Shown here piece by piece: positions 10,888 to 25,399 of a stretch of 64,000 bases of DNA. Position 1 is the first letter of the stretch. Each line of letters starts with the position of its first letter. Below the pieces are notes generated by a model. That model saw only the letters and a list, made by a program, of their open reading frames with translations, did no database searches and was not told the DNA's origin. The translations under genes were made by a program, and so were the position numbers. The stretch covers positions 31,868,001-31,932,000 of the forward strand of contig CM060734.1 of assembly GCA_030704615.1 (NCBI GenBank), read 5' to 3'. Source of the DNA: Takakia lepidozioides. Lineage: Eukaryota; Plantae; Bryophyta.

Positions 10888-12211
10888 GTGGAGCGGTGCC
10901 TCTCCAGAAAGGCGTAAATTTCTTCCCTCGGCTCCGCCACCTATTCGTTGTACCTTTTGATGCTAGCCTGCGAATGACAAGCTAAAACCAGTTGAGCTTG
11001 AGGCATGTTATCTCAGTCGTTGCAACCCCCTCTCGTAAGGCTATAGTTTTGTAAAGTAGCACTGATGCAAGCTATATGACCCTGCCCTCACTCGTGCCTG
11101 GCCATAAGGCCCGAGCAGATCTGTTCCTCCACTCAATTTGAAAATTTTGTAAGGCCGTGGTAAAATATGTCCATGTTGTGAGTTATCCTGCTTGTCTGCA
11201 TCCTCTGTTTCATCCACAACCTCCACACCGCTGCTACCGGCACGCGGCCTTCTGACAAGGGAGGTGTCTTGCACTGCGGCGGTTGTCTTCTTGGGTTTCT
11301 GTTTCCTTTTCCTCTGTTTTTTCGTGGCCACTACAGCTACTTCGGCGGCCTCCTCGGCACCTTCAATGTCTCCATGTGTGTTGGTGCATGCAGCTCGTTC
11401 TTTGTGTATTTCTTGTAAACTTCTGCCTCCCCGTCAGGAATTACATTTGGTGGCAAGTCCAACCACCAATAGTAAGGCAGATGAGTGATTTTGACGTACT
11501 CGCCTAGCTGCTAGCTTCCGTTGTACATTGTGCAGTCAGGCCGCGAGCTAGCCCACTGAGTGACCGTGGTTGGCATACACTTAATATGTTTGTTGGCGAG
11601 CACATAAAAGTTCAGGTATCTGCAAAAGTGCACGACTTGTTAGCGTGCAATGGAAGACTTACATACGTTGAGGGTGTGACTACATAAGCCTTCGCCAAGT
11701 GAGGACGGTTATTTAAAGAATCTACTGCTGTAACCTATAAACGATTCTCCGGCCGGTAAAGTTTGCCCAGGTTGCTTAGTTTTCAGCCAGCTTCGCCAGG
11801 CCCATCATTTATCTTGCACCAGAACATTTCCTCCCAATACTTGAGGCGGTAGACGTCCACCCAGTCTGAGACGAACTTGAGCATCGGTGCCTCTACTGGG
11901 TCGGTAGCTGCAATAAGTTTTTTCCAACCAGCATGGCCAGTTGTCGCTCGGCTTCCTTTTTTTGCTGCAGAGTCCACCAAACATGTCAAAACGCAAGTTA
12001 ATGACACAAACACAAACCTCAAACCAAAACGAGGAATGTACGTTTTTACCTGGAACCACCATGTCATTTTGTCACACCACAAGCCGAACACGACATCTGT
12101 TGGAGCGAGAAGAAATTTCGCGTCTAACCTAGTCTTAGAGCCGGAATTCCAGAGCTTTACCCAGGACACTTTCTCCGCAACACTGACTTTACTAGTGGCC
12201 ATCATCTGCAA
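10888..12211 (-). pseudogene. Upstream degenerate exons of an unknown, probably TE-derived gene disrupted by the P-like insertion
   Basis: Minus-strand ORFs 11783-12211 and 11041-11331 (basic NLS-like ATKKQRKRKQKPKK), GT/AG-like junctions and internal stops. Confidence 0.35.
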
Positions 12212-12843
12212 CTCTCATCCACAAAAACTACACCTGGATGAATCTGAAACGGGTTGATTCGGGTTGCCTCGTTCTTTAGGGGTTAAGTTTAGGTCTCTAA
12301 ACCATGGAGTGCAAATATTGGAGAAAGTAAAATGTTCATATATTATGCCTAAACTCAAGCTATTTTATAGCATACAATTCTTTTGTGGTAGCTCCTTGAC
12401 TCATGTTGCCAATATCCTGGTAATATTAGTAAAGCAATCCTAATAAGCGACGTTAAGTTTAGGCTAACCTCATGTGACACCGTGGAAATGCTCTTAGGAT
12501 TTCTAATTAAGGAAGTTTGATGAAGTGGGGTGGAACCTACACGGCACGAAAGCTGGATCTATGTTTGGATCTATGTCTCAAGTAATGTTTGTCTAAATAG
12601 GGCTGAACTTCATAAGTACAAGAAGTTCTATACATAGGGTTGTGTCAAGGCGTTTATTCCAATGGATTGACATCCCCAAGACGCAAAGGTTTTCTTACAA
12701 ATTGTTGTGTCTTGTGTGCGTGTGCGTGTATTGATCATTTACATTTCGTTGGTAAGGTCAGCTATAACACCAAGAAAGCAAGAAAACAAGAAAGCAACTT
12801 AATCTCATATATTCTTACATGTTTTTAGTCTCATTTCTCCAAC

Positions 12844-14495
12844 ATGGAGCTTGCGTCCAATTTATGGTTCTTTCTTGTGGGGTGGTTAGTCTTATACTCT
12901 ACCTCACATGGCTAGCTCCAAAAAGGCGTCTCTACCCCCTGGACCACCTAGGTGGCCCATTGTTGGATCCTTGTTTTATTTGAGCAAACTCCCTCATCGT
13001 TCCATGGAAGAGCTCGCAAAAAAATATGGGCCAATTATGTATTTGCGCCTAGGGTATTTGAATCACATTGTAATTTCAAATGCAGAAATGGCCAAGGAGG
13101 TGCTGAAGATTCACGATGCAGAATTTGCATCTAGGCCTATCTCCATAGCAGGCACATATGCAGGTCTCGTCTATTCTGATATCATTTTCGCACAACATGG
13201 AGATCATTGGCATCTACTCCGCAAAATATCTGCTACAGAGCTGTTCACACAACTTAAAGCAAGACTCAACACTTTTGCAACTGCATGCCATGATGAAGTG
13301 ACATGTATGGTGCAAAGCTTATCCAACCAGGGAGGAAAAATTGTGGAAATGAGGCCTACCTTCCATCAACTAACAAGCAACCAAATTTATCGAATGTTGT
13401 TTGGAAAATGCCGCGAGAAATCAGATGGTCTTATCGGGAATGAAATTGATGATTTCTTCAATTGTATTTCAGAGATAGTGGAAGTTGTGGGAAGATTTAA
13501 CATTGGTGATTTGATGCCAACCCTACGGCCGTTCAATTTACAATGACTTGAAAGACACATGAAACGCATCCGAACACGAATGGAAACTTAACTTTCTAAC
13601 AAAACGAATACAAGAAGGGAACCAAAGTGGTCGATGATTCCACTATCAAAGATTTTGTCGAAATTTTGATGGGTCTTAACGATAAACTTGACGAGAAATC
13701 GATATTGGCAGTTTTGATGGTACGTCATGTGTACGTTACAACTGTTTTATATCTGATAGTTTCCAAGTTATATATTCAATATACATTGGAATTATGTCAT
13801 GTATCTTATAATGCATTTGTCCACTGACAAAATATATATTATTTCTTGAAATTACAGGATATGCTTGGAGCAGGTACAGATACATTTGCAACAATCTTGG
13901 AATGGGTACTGACTGAACTTATCCATCACCAAAATTATATATAGAGCACAAGAAAAACTTGAGAGAGTTGTGGGCAAAAATAAGTCAGTATTGGAGTCAG
14001 ATCTTCCCAATTTGCCTTATTTGCAGGCCATCGTCAAAGAGAATTTTCGTCTACACCCTGCAGTTTCATTGACACCTCCTCATTTTAACAACACTGATAC
14101 TCAAATCCTCAACTACAACATCCCTGCAAAACTCGAATGTACTCGTGAGTATTTGGGCTATTGGTCGCGATCCAAAGACATGGGATAAGCTTCTCGAATT
14201 CAATCCAGATCGTTTTCTGCATTCTGATGTCAATGTTTCAGGATCAAATTACACTATACTACCATTTGGATCGGGTCGTCGAGGATGCCCTGGTTTGAAT
14301 CTTGCCCAACTCATGGTGCAATGCAGTCTTGCAGCAATTCTTCATGCATTTGATTCATCTCCACAACCAGGTGTTAAGCCAGAGGGCATGAATCTGATGG
14401 AAGCCTTTGGGGCTGCGTGCCCAACTGTTGAACCTCTTGTTGCTCTTGCAAAGCCTCGTCTATCAGCCCAAGTATACAAAGACTCATGTAGATGA
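12844..14495 (+). pseudogene. Cytochrome P450 (CYP71 clan) pseudogene
   Basis: LPPGPPRWPIVG, KYGPIMYLRLG, DMLGAGTDT (I-helix), KENFRLHP (ExxR), FNPDRF and PFGSGRRGCPG (heme). One intron ~13720-13857. Premature TGA at 13544-13546 and several frameshifts. Confidence 0.92.
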
Positions 14496-14815
14496 GTAGA
14501 TAGTTGAGGAAGATTATTAGATGTACAATTGAAAATATCTTTCTGCCATGTTAGAGGTAGTAAATGACAAATGAACTTTGTTTCAATTTTTTCAATGATG
14601 ATGAAAAAGATCATCTACAACCAAACTTGTAAACCAATTAGTGTAATTAACAGATAGATGGATGCCATACCATTTCTCAACTTAGGTGAAATTGTGTGAA
14701 GGTTTGATAATAGTTTGAAGTATGACATTCTCACAACTAGGATAAATTTCTAGGGCTCACAAGTTTTAAAGAGAAAAGTTGTAGCTTACAAATAAGAAGG
14801 GAAATTAGGGGGTAG

Positions 14816-15880
14816 TGTCAAGGACGAGAACATGATTGAACACAAACAAGAGATCAGACTAGAGGTACACGACTAGACAAGAAGTTAAGGTCGGCGTGGC
14901 CGAATGCATGATGGGTAAACATGAATCAAGATGATCTTTATAACAAAGGACAAGAGTACAAAATACTGAAATTCGACTTGAATACTGGAATGCTGGAAAC
15001 TAGACTGGATTACCCGATACTGGAGACTGGACTAAAGTACTGGAACTGGACTAGAGTACTCAGAATGGAAACAAGAATAGCTTGAACTTGTGTTGGCGAG
15101 ACTGAAGAGTGTCTAGTTTCGCCTTCTCTATATACTAGCTACTAGGAAGTTCCCTAAGAAGCTTCCCCAATGGAGGTTTCTTGATGGAGAAATTTCTTTA
15201 AATAAAAGAGGTATCTTGATGGAAGCTTCCTGAGCTTTCTCCAAAACAAGATTCCTTCAAATGAAGCTTTCTGAGCAATTTCCCAAGTTACTCTCGATAA
15301 TTTGGTAAACTCTCGGTAACTTGATAACTAATGGTAACTTATGGTAACTCATGGTAGAATGGTAAATTATGATAACTTTCGATAACATGGTAACTTGGTA
15401 ACTTCTGGTATTTACTCCTGGTAAGTTCCTCTGGGCTATGTCCGTGACATCACCCCCTCCTCTAGCGCCAAATTCCTCGAGGAGCAAAATCTTGGACTTG
15501 CTTAGAGTTGGAGAAAATCCAAAATCCGACGAATGGTACTTGCCAATGTATCGGCTCTTCGTTCTTGACTCAAATGATTTATAAGTCCCTGCAACCATCG
15601 ATACTTTCCAACACCTTGAACTTAGGACCACGCAGTGATTTGAGCATTCTGATTTTCGAAGCTGCCTTCAAACATGATTTCGTTGCCCTCTGGGTTCGAA
15701 GCCTCAACATCCAACAGGATTATCAGACTTCGAGTAGGCTCCACTTGCCTTGTACGGGGTCCAGACGAGCAAGTACGGGCCGCATTGGTGGCCCATCGTC
15801 TCGAGAGCGTCGGCGTATCTGTCTGCCATAAACTTGAGACAACTTAACATCGAGCATTAGACTGCAAGATGAGAACTATT
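14816..15880 (-). mobile_element. LTR retrotransposon remnant: 3' LTR (14816-15449), polypurine tract and a short internal fragment (Gypsy-like)
   Basis: LTR bounded by TGTCA (14816) and TGACA (15449). The adjacent 15450-15465 reads CTAGAGGAGGGGGTGA on the minus strand (PPT). Short ACTGGA and TGGTAA repeats inside the LTR; no second LTR seen. Confidence 0.75.
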
Positions 15881-17870
15881 CCAGCATATTCTCTTCTAAA
15901 CTTGGGTTATGATTCACAAATTTTAACATGATGTATGTCTATGTACACTAATGGGACTGCAACCATTGTTGCATATTGTTGCCTACACCAAGACACTGAC
16001 ACGGACTTAGCACCTGACTCTTCTCTGGAAACAAACCATGAAATAGGAAAGAGCCACCTGAATTGAGAGTCCATTTTATTTGAAGTCGTGAGAAATAACT
16101 AAATGGGCTTTCACTTCCGCAAGCTTCATTTATCTTCGGAAAGAACAAAATGTTGATGTTACTCTTCAACAATAATTTTGTAAAATATTTCTTCAGAATA
16201 TTTGTTGAAATATCTTTCGTACTAGGTCAATTAATTTGTGGCAGTAAATAATTCAACAAAATAGATGTATGCTTCATGTCGTAAGGCCCAATGAGAGTGC
16301 ATACGCAATTAACAAACCCAGACGGCCAAATAGTTTAATAAACCCTAATAAGTTTGATGATTAATCACATGAATGAGAAAGGAGGAACCATGTGAAATAT
16401 GCTAACCCCAACTGCAATAGTATGAGTACATATGTGGGAACCTAAACCTTGATTGCCATTGGGCAGAAGACCAAACAATGTTCAATGGTTTTCAATGAGC
16501 CAACAATATATAACGTTCCTATACAACAAAATCTGCTGATACTACTACAATTTATATTGAAAATCACATGAATGTTGCACTTAGCTATATTTGGTTTCAA
16601 CGTTGTATGGCTATGGAACAATTTTCAGCAGGGTCTGAATTGGACATTCACCTTTGATAAAAAAAAAAAAAACTTTGAAGTTTGTAGGATAAAACCAACT
16701 AACACATTGAAACCTCAAATCAGTCAGCTTTGTGTTTGACTGGTTAAAAAATCTTAATGCTAACTCATATGATAGACATATGTATCTTCAAACTAACTCG
16801 TATGATATATAACCCACCATATATTTAAATTGTTTGAAACTTCAATGACTACTCTAAAAACCTAAATTGTTTGGTGATGATTGAAATTTCAAAAAGATTG
16901 GGGTCATGCTACGTATATAGAAAAGATTTTTTGAAGGAAATGAATCACGCAGTTTATACACATGAAACACCAATACAAAGCGACTACCAACTAAAAATTC
17001 ATTGCATTATCAAATTACCAATCTTGAAAAAATAATTGAATGTTTATTGCTTGAAGATGAATTCAAATCTCTTAAATGCTGTTGTTTTTTTATATACTGA
17101 CCAAAATTATATTCACAACTTGATTAGATTAGTGAGTGTAAAGGCTGATTCTAAATCTTGAAAATTTCATATGAAATTTATTGTAGCCAAAGTTTTTGCT
17201 ACCTATTTGGAAGAACGGGACAAAATATCCAATTGTAATAGCTATGTTTGATGCTACAAATGTCTCATGTCTATTGATGTCATATGTCATTCACACTTAT
17301 AACCATATACATTAAAGTAGTGTCAATTTGCATTTGCGTCATATGACAAAAATTATATTTTCACTTTTTTTCTGCAGAAATCATTAGTTTCATGGCTTTA
17401 GTAAGTTTTGTAAGTTGCATTACAACATTAGTTGGTATACAATGGGTTTCTTTTTGGTAAATAATTTGAGTTCTCAAACGTGTTCTTATTATTCCGATAC
17501 ACATGTAATAAACAATTGTTCATTATCAATCATGACAATTACTTCAGCCAATGTCGCATTTGTTTGTTCAAAATATTGTACGTTATCAATGATAAACAAA
17601 TGAGTTACAAAAGATTGGATTATCTCCACGGATTTGGGAGCTCAATACTCCACCTCATACAATAGCATGTTAACATTTGGAAAGCATTACAGAGCAACTA
17701 CAATTGGGATTAACACTTTAACAGTCTCTCTTGACTTAGGTGTCTCATCAATTTTCCAGCATAAGTCCACAAATAGTGGTGGGGAGTTGGTACTTTAATT
17801 CTACATTGATTAGCATGTATCGTCCTCCCAATTTTAGGAGTCAAAGAATCAAGAATGGTGCCAGTGTGTA

Positions 17871-17913
17871 CAGGTCAGATTACTAAGGCACTGTGCCTTA
17901 GTGATCTGACCTG
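17871..17913. repeat. 43-bp near-perfect palindrome
   Basis: CAGGTCAGATTACTAAGGCAC-T-GTGCCTTAGTGATCTGACCTG: 21-bp arms with one G:T mismatch. Confidence 0.9.
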
Positions 17914-20900
17914 CATCATGGTAGTGTTCTCTTTTTAAACTCTCTCATAGCGGAGATTATCTCCAATGTTGTTCATAAGCCGATCTAGTCGTCCATGAAT
18001 TCATTTGTGCTGTTAATATCGTATTCAGAAGCCAGATTCAAGAGGACGATTTGGAGCGAGTAATGACATGTTTCAAAGACTAATGCGACCTCCCCGAACA
18101 GCTCACGGCATGATCAATTGTACGCAAATCCATATCCAAAAACCTAAGCGTGCACATGGTGCTGATTATTTTCATAACAACTGTCCTATACTTCGTATCT
18201 TTTTTTTCAATTAAAGGTCGCAATCTCTTTGTCAATTGCAATACAACCTCTCTGGTCACTCGAAAGTGTTTGATTCATCGCTCTTTTTCATATTGCGTTA
18301 TAAATCTGTTTGAGTATCATGTCGTGCTTCTCGCTTTTATCCAGTCGCCTATTTCTTTACTCAGGGGTAATTCGAAATTGACAGACAACCTAAGGTGGTG
18401 CAGGATGAGAGAATTTTGGATTGCTTCAAACGCTATCTACTTCCAGACTCCGGCCAGAAATCTCTTATCACATCATATCTTTCTCAGCGTCATGGCACAA
18501 CATGATTTGATCATGTGCTTACAAAAGTATAGTGATAGATTGTACAAAAAAAATCGCCTTGTTTGACCTCATGAGAGCTAATAGGAGCACGAAAAATACA
18601 AAAATAAAATGACATTACAGAACACCAAGACTCCAACTCCAAATGAGCAAAAATACATTAAAAAAAACACAAAAAACACAAAACGTAGCTCCAAATGAGT
18701 AGAAACAGTGAACACACTGAAATAAGGATACACAGAGTAATCAGGAATGAGGAGCTACTTCACCTGTAGTGAACCATCAGCGATGCACAAGAGAAGAGTT
18801 CACACTTGAGCTTGCAACTTTATCTCAAGTTCATTAGTGAGATAGTTGAGTCATGATAACTAGGTACCGATATCCACTAACTATTTTCAGGTATGAACAG
18901 AGTTAACTCTAGGATGTGATAAATAGTGAGTGATGATGGCTATCACTCTCAATGAACCCTATTGCGAAGCCCATATCGACAATAGACAATGGCCAGGTAT
19001 AAACATCCCATTATAATACCAATTTGGCCGGTTTATATAGAGAGCTTGGTGGGCCAATATGGCCCGGTAGGCCCAGATTTTATCAATCTATCACCACTCT
19101 CACAATAACCTATGTTCAACACATTTGGAATGTAATAAATATTCACTGAAAATCCGATCCATTGTAAATTATTATTTTTCCCTCTCTCATTTAGGCACAA
19201 TTATTGTAATTTATGATTGTTATTCAAGAAAGCTCTCAAGGGCTTCCTCCCCCCGTTTTTTTTTCTTTCCCTTTTCTAAAATATAATTTTTTTTTGTTGG
19301 AAAACAAATCCAAACATCTCAAAAAGTGATTGCATATCCAGTTTTGAATTAATTTCCGCCGACCCCTGTGGTAAAAGTAAGTTTGGGCGCGAGGACTGAG
19401 GGCCATGGCTCATTATGCGCGTCGGGAGCGGTTGGTCTGTGGATGAAAGGAAGTCTCTGTGGATGAAATTGTGACAGAGTTACCCTGCGTTTATTACTCT
19501 CTTTCTCTCTCGTGTGGTCGGCCCTTGGTTGGTTGATGGTTACAGTGCCTGGAAATTGCTGCAGCAGAGCGAGGTCTCGGTAGAGTTATGTACAGGTGAT
19601 GCAGAAATGGCGGGAGACATAAGTGACACAGGCGAAGAGTGGTCCCGAACCGAGTGGGACGATGGGAGCAGGCTGGAGAGCGTCGAAGAGGGAGAGGAGA
19701 GGAGCAGCATTTGTGAAACCGATGAACAGTTTATGGGACAAAGAGGAGAAATCGGGGTACCAAATGTGAGGTGCATCCGACTTTGTTCGAAAGTCATATG
19801 GAATGACTACGTTGCATAGGACACGCATGCTCTTTGAACAAGTAAAACTCCTTTGAAATAAAAACTTACAATGCACTGCCTTTGTTGGAGGTTGCTGGAT
19901 GATTCACCCAACTACATTGCAACAACATTTTATGTCCAGATCGGTTACTTTAGGTTTTCCGAGTGTATAGAAAAAATGGGCAACGAAATGCTTTAGGTGG
20001 ACAATCAGAAGTGATCCCATTAAGAGGGGGAGTACTCTCAATATAGTAGTCATGGTGGTATTGCAAGCTACCCTTGTCCAAGCTGGCATTATTCTCCTTG
20101 TGAGCTGCACTTACCCCGAATCGAGTATCCTCCGGCCCGGTCTTGGTGACGTGGTGTTTTTTACTGGGATTCAGAATGGCCGTGAGGACGAGGACCATGA
20201 ATTGTGGCGTCCATATGCAGTGTCACAGACTTATAATAGCTCACAGCTTGCGTACATATTAAACCCTCCCCCTGAAGAACCCAGGTACTGTCTTCTTGCT
20301 CCGGCCCCTATTTTCTCTGTTGGTCTTGCGTTTTTTGAGTAAGACCATGTCATCAAATTGAAGAGATGTATTAAAGTGGCAGGCATGATCACAATGCTTA
20401 GAGATGAGATGCGACAGAAACCAGGGCACCTGTAGAAGAACTAGAGGTCAACGAACTTTAGACACAAGGGCTGATATACGGATTCATTGTTCCCTGCAAA
20501 TGTGTGGTTATTGGAAGACCCCCCAGGATATGAACCCTTCCCAGAGCAGGTTCATTTTAATCTACTCTTACAACCACATGGAAACAAGAAACTTCAAACT
20601 CTCATGTCATAAAGAAGTAAGGTTTAATATTGCGTCACAAAACCCATCAATGGTTTGATCCTCCTTGGGACCACAAGGAATTACCGAACTTCCAGCAGAG
20701 TAAAAACATTAGAGGGTACCATGTGATAGCGATGCCAGGCCCTGACTTGGCAGTTTAAGTCCCTGTAGCCACATTGTTCAGATTGAGTTTCCTACCGGGG
20801 TGGATTCGTGTTGTGTCTGACATGAACCCCTTTTCATGATTATATTGAGCTGTTTAGGGTTAAAAATACTTCTCAGTCTGGATGAAGACACTGGTGTGGC

Positions 20901-21248
20901 AGGATGCTGAAGCCCAAAGTGAAGCGTGACTACTTGAAAGAGAACCGTATGGCCATTTCTGAAATGAGCACCTACCTCCATGCCCAGAAGCAGGTCTCTC
21001 TCTCTTTCTCTACAAGATCTGGGGTTGCTATTGGTGTCTCTCTGGCCATGGCCTTCAACTATGATGTCTGGAGTGCCTTGCCTCCTACCTGCGCTAGGCA
21101 CTCTGCTTTCGGCATTTGAGTAGTCCTTGGTTCTATCTTGTCACCATTCCGAAGTATTTCTATGGTTCTGTTCTGTGTCCCTTGGGTTCTTGGGCCTCCC
21201 ACAGATTTAATAAACTCCTTTCTTCCTTTCTTTCTCTTTAGTGCTGTC

Positions 21249-21294
21249 AATGGCCACAAGCCTACGGCAAACAACGTCTTATGAGTACATTTTT
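21249..21294 (+). mobile_element. Extremely 5'-truncated LINE insertion (3' tail of the 991-3974 family) with 18-bp TSD
   Basis: 21246-21289 matches 3931-3974 with one mismatch. TTTCTCTTTAGTGCTGTC is duplicated at 21231-21248 and 21295-21312. Confidence 0.88.
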
Positions 21295-24200
21295 TTTCTC
21301 TTTAGTGCTGTCTTCATCTGGTATCAGTTCTTGTTCCATAGGCTCTCTTGGATTCCGGTGGATATATGAAGTTTCTTTCTTTCTGTCTTTTGGTTTTTTT
21401 GCAAAAATGGAGCAAAGCCCCAGAACAAACATTTCAAGAGCTCTTTGTCACACTGCCTCTCTGCCCCTCTCCATGAACAGGGACAGACGGATTCTTGTAT
21501 CAATAACTACAGTCTGAATGAAATGTCTGGTGCAGCGACAGCAGAGGATAGAAAGCCAAGGACCAGAGGACTGGCTGTGCAAGAGGCAGGACTGCTCTAA
21601 ACTCACAGAAGTAAGTATGTGCTTTAGCTGGTTGATAACCACAAAGCGAACTGCCAGCGTACTCAGTTAGTGTTCACCCAGTGAGTCTTATGGCAGCTAG
21701 CTTGACTGCAGTAAGGCAACCTCCTACATAGCTGTTTGGACTCTAACCATTGATCATCTATGTCTATTGTCTCTGGAGTACTTGAAGGGAGGTTATGTAT
21801 CTCTTTAGCTTTCAAATATCTCTCCAACTGTTTCGTGTCCTGCCTCCCTCCCCTTCTCACATGAAAGTCCCATTCAGAGAAAGATAAAGAGCAACACAAA
21901 TAGTGTTGCAATGAACATGGATGCCATGAAGCAAGTTACAACTCCAGACGCCGAACCAGATCAAGATTGTGGTACCCACTATGATACTCCTGGCAAAGTG
22001 CCTCCCTAGTAAGATTGACCCTCAAGTTTCTTTCTTTAGGTTGTTATTGGCACAATGCAAATACCGTGTATGGGTTCAAGCTACAAGAAGATTGACTTCA
22101 TTAATTACAACCTGCCACAGCATCTGCACCTTTCTAGTAAACCTGAATTAGGAAAAAAGTGGCACTTGCAGGCATAAATGAGTAGTGATGTCTTGAGACC
22201 TCAATTGGACTTTTTGGGCGGGTACTGGATTGGCTTGTAAAGTAAAGCCATCCATGCAAATATTAATTGTGAAACACGGTGGCTGCTGGAAAAACACTAT
22301 CGAGTGTGGGAATGTTGATGGTGAGACTGACTTGTTCATCACTCTCATGCTTGCAGCATCCTCGAGGGGAAAGGCAAGTTGGCACAGAACATTAAGCAGA
22401 GGCAAGCTTTCATTCCCTCTCTACATTGCCCCCTTTCCTGTCTCTATGATTGGGCTGTGAACTGGCGGTGGGAGTTCATGTCCCTATCATAGTTCCATGC
22501 TCCCTGCAAAAGAGCTGCAGTGTGGGATCCCTTGGGCAATACACCTGGTACTGTATTGCCCTCTGAAAGCAAGAATAAAAATGAAGGCTTAAATGCTGTA
22601 TGCAGATTTAACAGAAATAATTTCACTTGCCTTTCAGTCTTGCTTCTCTTCCTGTGATTGCTACATACTTGGAATCACAAGCTCAATGATGTGGACACAG
22701 TTATAGTTTTTGATGATTCCACTTGCCAGGTTTGATTTTCCATTTGTCTGAAACCACTCAGACTGAGCTCACTGTAAGAGTGCGCATTTTGACAGCCCTG
22801 GGAGAGAACTGCATGATATTGTCATCCTACAGGAATGTGTGTTGTCTTGTGGGCTCAAACTATGGCATCTCTGTTAGGGAAGAGTACCATTAGATTGCTC
22901 TCTTGATGTAAAGGATAAATATCATGATGTGTACTTAGGGCGAGAAATGGGGAAATGTGCTAGATCAAGTGTGTATAAACCAAAATCCTTGATCTCAGCT
23001 TTACAACTCGAGAGATGCTGACCATCTGGGCCTTGTAGTTCTATGTCTCATATGCCTGTGGTTGTAAAATAAATATCTTCTCTCTCTTTTGCTTGCAGAT
23101 GATAAAATTCTTTCTTCTTTGTTTCTCTTTGTTTTATTTTGGCGAGGGAACGGAGAAACACCACATATCAGAGTTTATAGACCTAAAACTGTGATCACAA
23201 CTTTGGCAAGGCAAGAACTCCTGTACCTGGAAAGACCAGCAGGCTTTAAAGAAAAAGAAATTGACGATTTCTGGCATGAGGCCCAATGGACACATTTAAC
23301 AACAATCTGCAGAGAAATGCACCAACTGCATAGACACCAGAGGAAGCAATATAAGATCTTTTTTATTAGAGTTCCAAAGCTTCTATTCAAACTGCAGAAG
23401 CGTAGAGGGTGACATTTGGGCAGTGTCAAGTGATTGGCTTTGTTACCTTCCAAAAATTCTTATGATATTGATCTGTTACTTTGTTTCCATGTATGTGAGT
23501 CATTATTTGAATTGAACAGACACACAGAAATGGAGAGTGAAAAGTGTTTGCCTGGCAATGTGCTGATGGCTGAGAGTGTGCGGCAGGCGGCCCGGTTGTC
23601 CCTTGAACAAAGTATCCTCTCTGACCTTTTTTCCCTACGTGGATTCTCCTCCCATGGACAGGGGAGGTGAAAAACAAATCAGGGAGTACTAAACCTCATT
23701 CGTTGGGTATTTCCGAAGTTTTACGAGGATTGAGGTGAAGAGCCAAAATATTGAGGACAGGGAGCAACCTTTTTGGTGGGATGAAGTGCAACAATGATAA
23801 AGCTGCTTTCAATAGGGCTAGCTGCAGTGTGACTGGCATTGCAACCAGTTGTGTGTGTCACAACACAAAGGGAGAGGTAAAGGATTTAGTGGCAATGCTG
23901 GAATTCACATCTGGATTTACGGTAGGATTGTGTAAATGGCAGCCCTTACAATCAAATATGCAACTCTGAGTGCAATTGTCATCACGTGTGAGCACTTTTG
24001 AGTGAGCAGCTGAGTCGTTCTGAGGTTAGTTTCATGCTCAGGCAGACTAATGCACAACCGGCTCTGGGGGTATCATGTCATTCTACATTCTTGCAAATGT
24101 TCAGGAGGTGTTCAATTAGTTCACTCACACCAGTAGAGGACAGTTCCTCATTTCGCTCTCATGTATGTGTTTCAAGTGAGGCTTCAGCTGTTGTTAAACT

Positions 24201-25399
24201 GTGTACAGATTGCCTTCAATTTGAAGGCCACCTAGACATAATTTACTGGAACCGACAGGTGTGATTAGAAATAGCGATCTATCATTCAGCAAACCAATGA
24301 ATGAAATGCAGTGGGCCGATGTGGTTTTAGTGAGATGTCCACTTGCAACCCAATACCAAAGGTGTGTTTCAGTAAAACATTGAACTGTGATAATTGAGAT
24401 TGTCACCGGAATGAAGGTGGTATATCCCACGGGGTCTGTGGCCGAGGTCAAGACCACAAAGGCAGAGTCATCTTAGTAATCCTTAGCAACCGACTCTTTT
24501 GTCTGCTGTTATCTGAATGCTCCTTGACATTCATATGGTGCAGACCAGGCGGAGCTCATATACAGGCTGCAGTCATTTCCATTGGTTGTTGAGACTCCGA
24601 GGCTTGTGAAATCAAAGTCAGCTGTAGAGCAGAAGCTGAGGGAAACTGAGAAAGCTCTTCACCGGTACTCTCAATCCAACGTTCACATTGCTGTGCCCTC
24701 GAAGACTTCAAGCAGAGGAAGCCGAAACTCCACAGCTCTTTCAAGCCCCACAATTAACCTGATTAAAGCATGCATCAGCACTCCAGAAACACTGGAAAAT
24801 GCTCTTCAATGCTTGTGAAGAAGAAGAAGGGCCATATTTGCCATGCATGCTTGCTCGACTGACAAGATATCTTGAAGGCCGAACGATTGTAATCAGCATG
24901 TCATCCAAGCTCACCCCCTCTTCATTTTAGGGGGAGCAATTTGACCTTCCACGCTAACTTCCCAGCCCTTGAAATCCATCAGTTGCTAAACAATGTTCTT
25001 TGTAACAATATTCTTTGATGGAGAACTGGGTTTTGCTGCTAAACTCATCTCTCTTCTATCCAGTGTCTCTCAAGTTTATGGGCTCTGTACCTATTCTCCT
25101 ACTCTCTGCGCCGTTAGATCTGATTTGGATGGCTGTCGGAATCCACGGCCTCAGTCCATGCCACGTTCCCAGGTGCAAGACCTACATCTGACCTACTTCC
25201 CCGCCTAACTACTAATAACTAACTGCCTATCGCCACCTACTCGTGAAAACGGATTCCACTCTTACTCTTGCTAATTGGGCTTTCATCTTTTTACAGGCCG
25301 TCAATTAAGTTAACATCCTTTTTAATTTGGGCAGCCTTCTGTATTTTAGGGTTGGGAATCTTTAATTCCTCGGTCTTAACTTAGAACATTTTAATTTCT

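Noticed and set aside
12844-14495. P450 plus desaturase as a metabolic gene cluster
   Set aside because: The P450 is a pseudogene ~15 kb away and no other pathway genes are present.
15257-15631. Chromodomain of a chromovirus integrase next to the PPT
   Set aside because: No YLVKW/TWEP-like motif was recognisable in the frames inspected.
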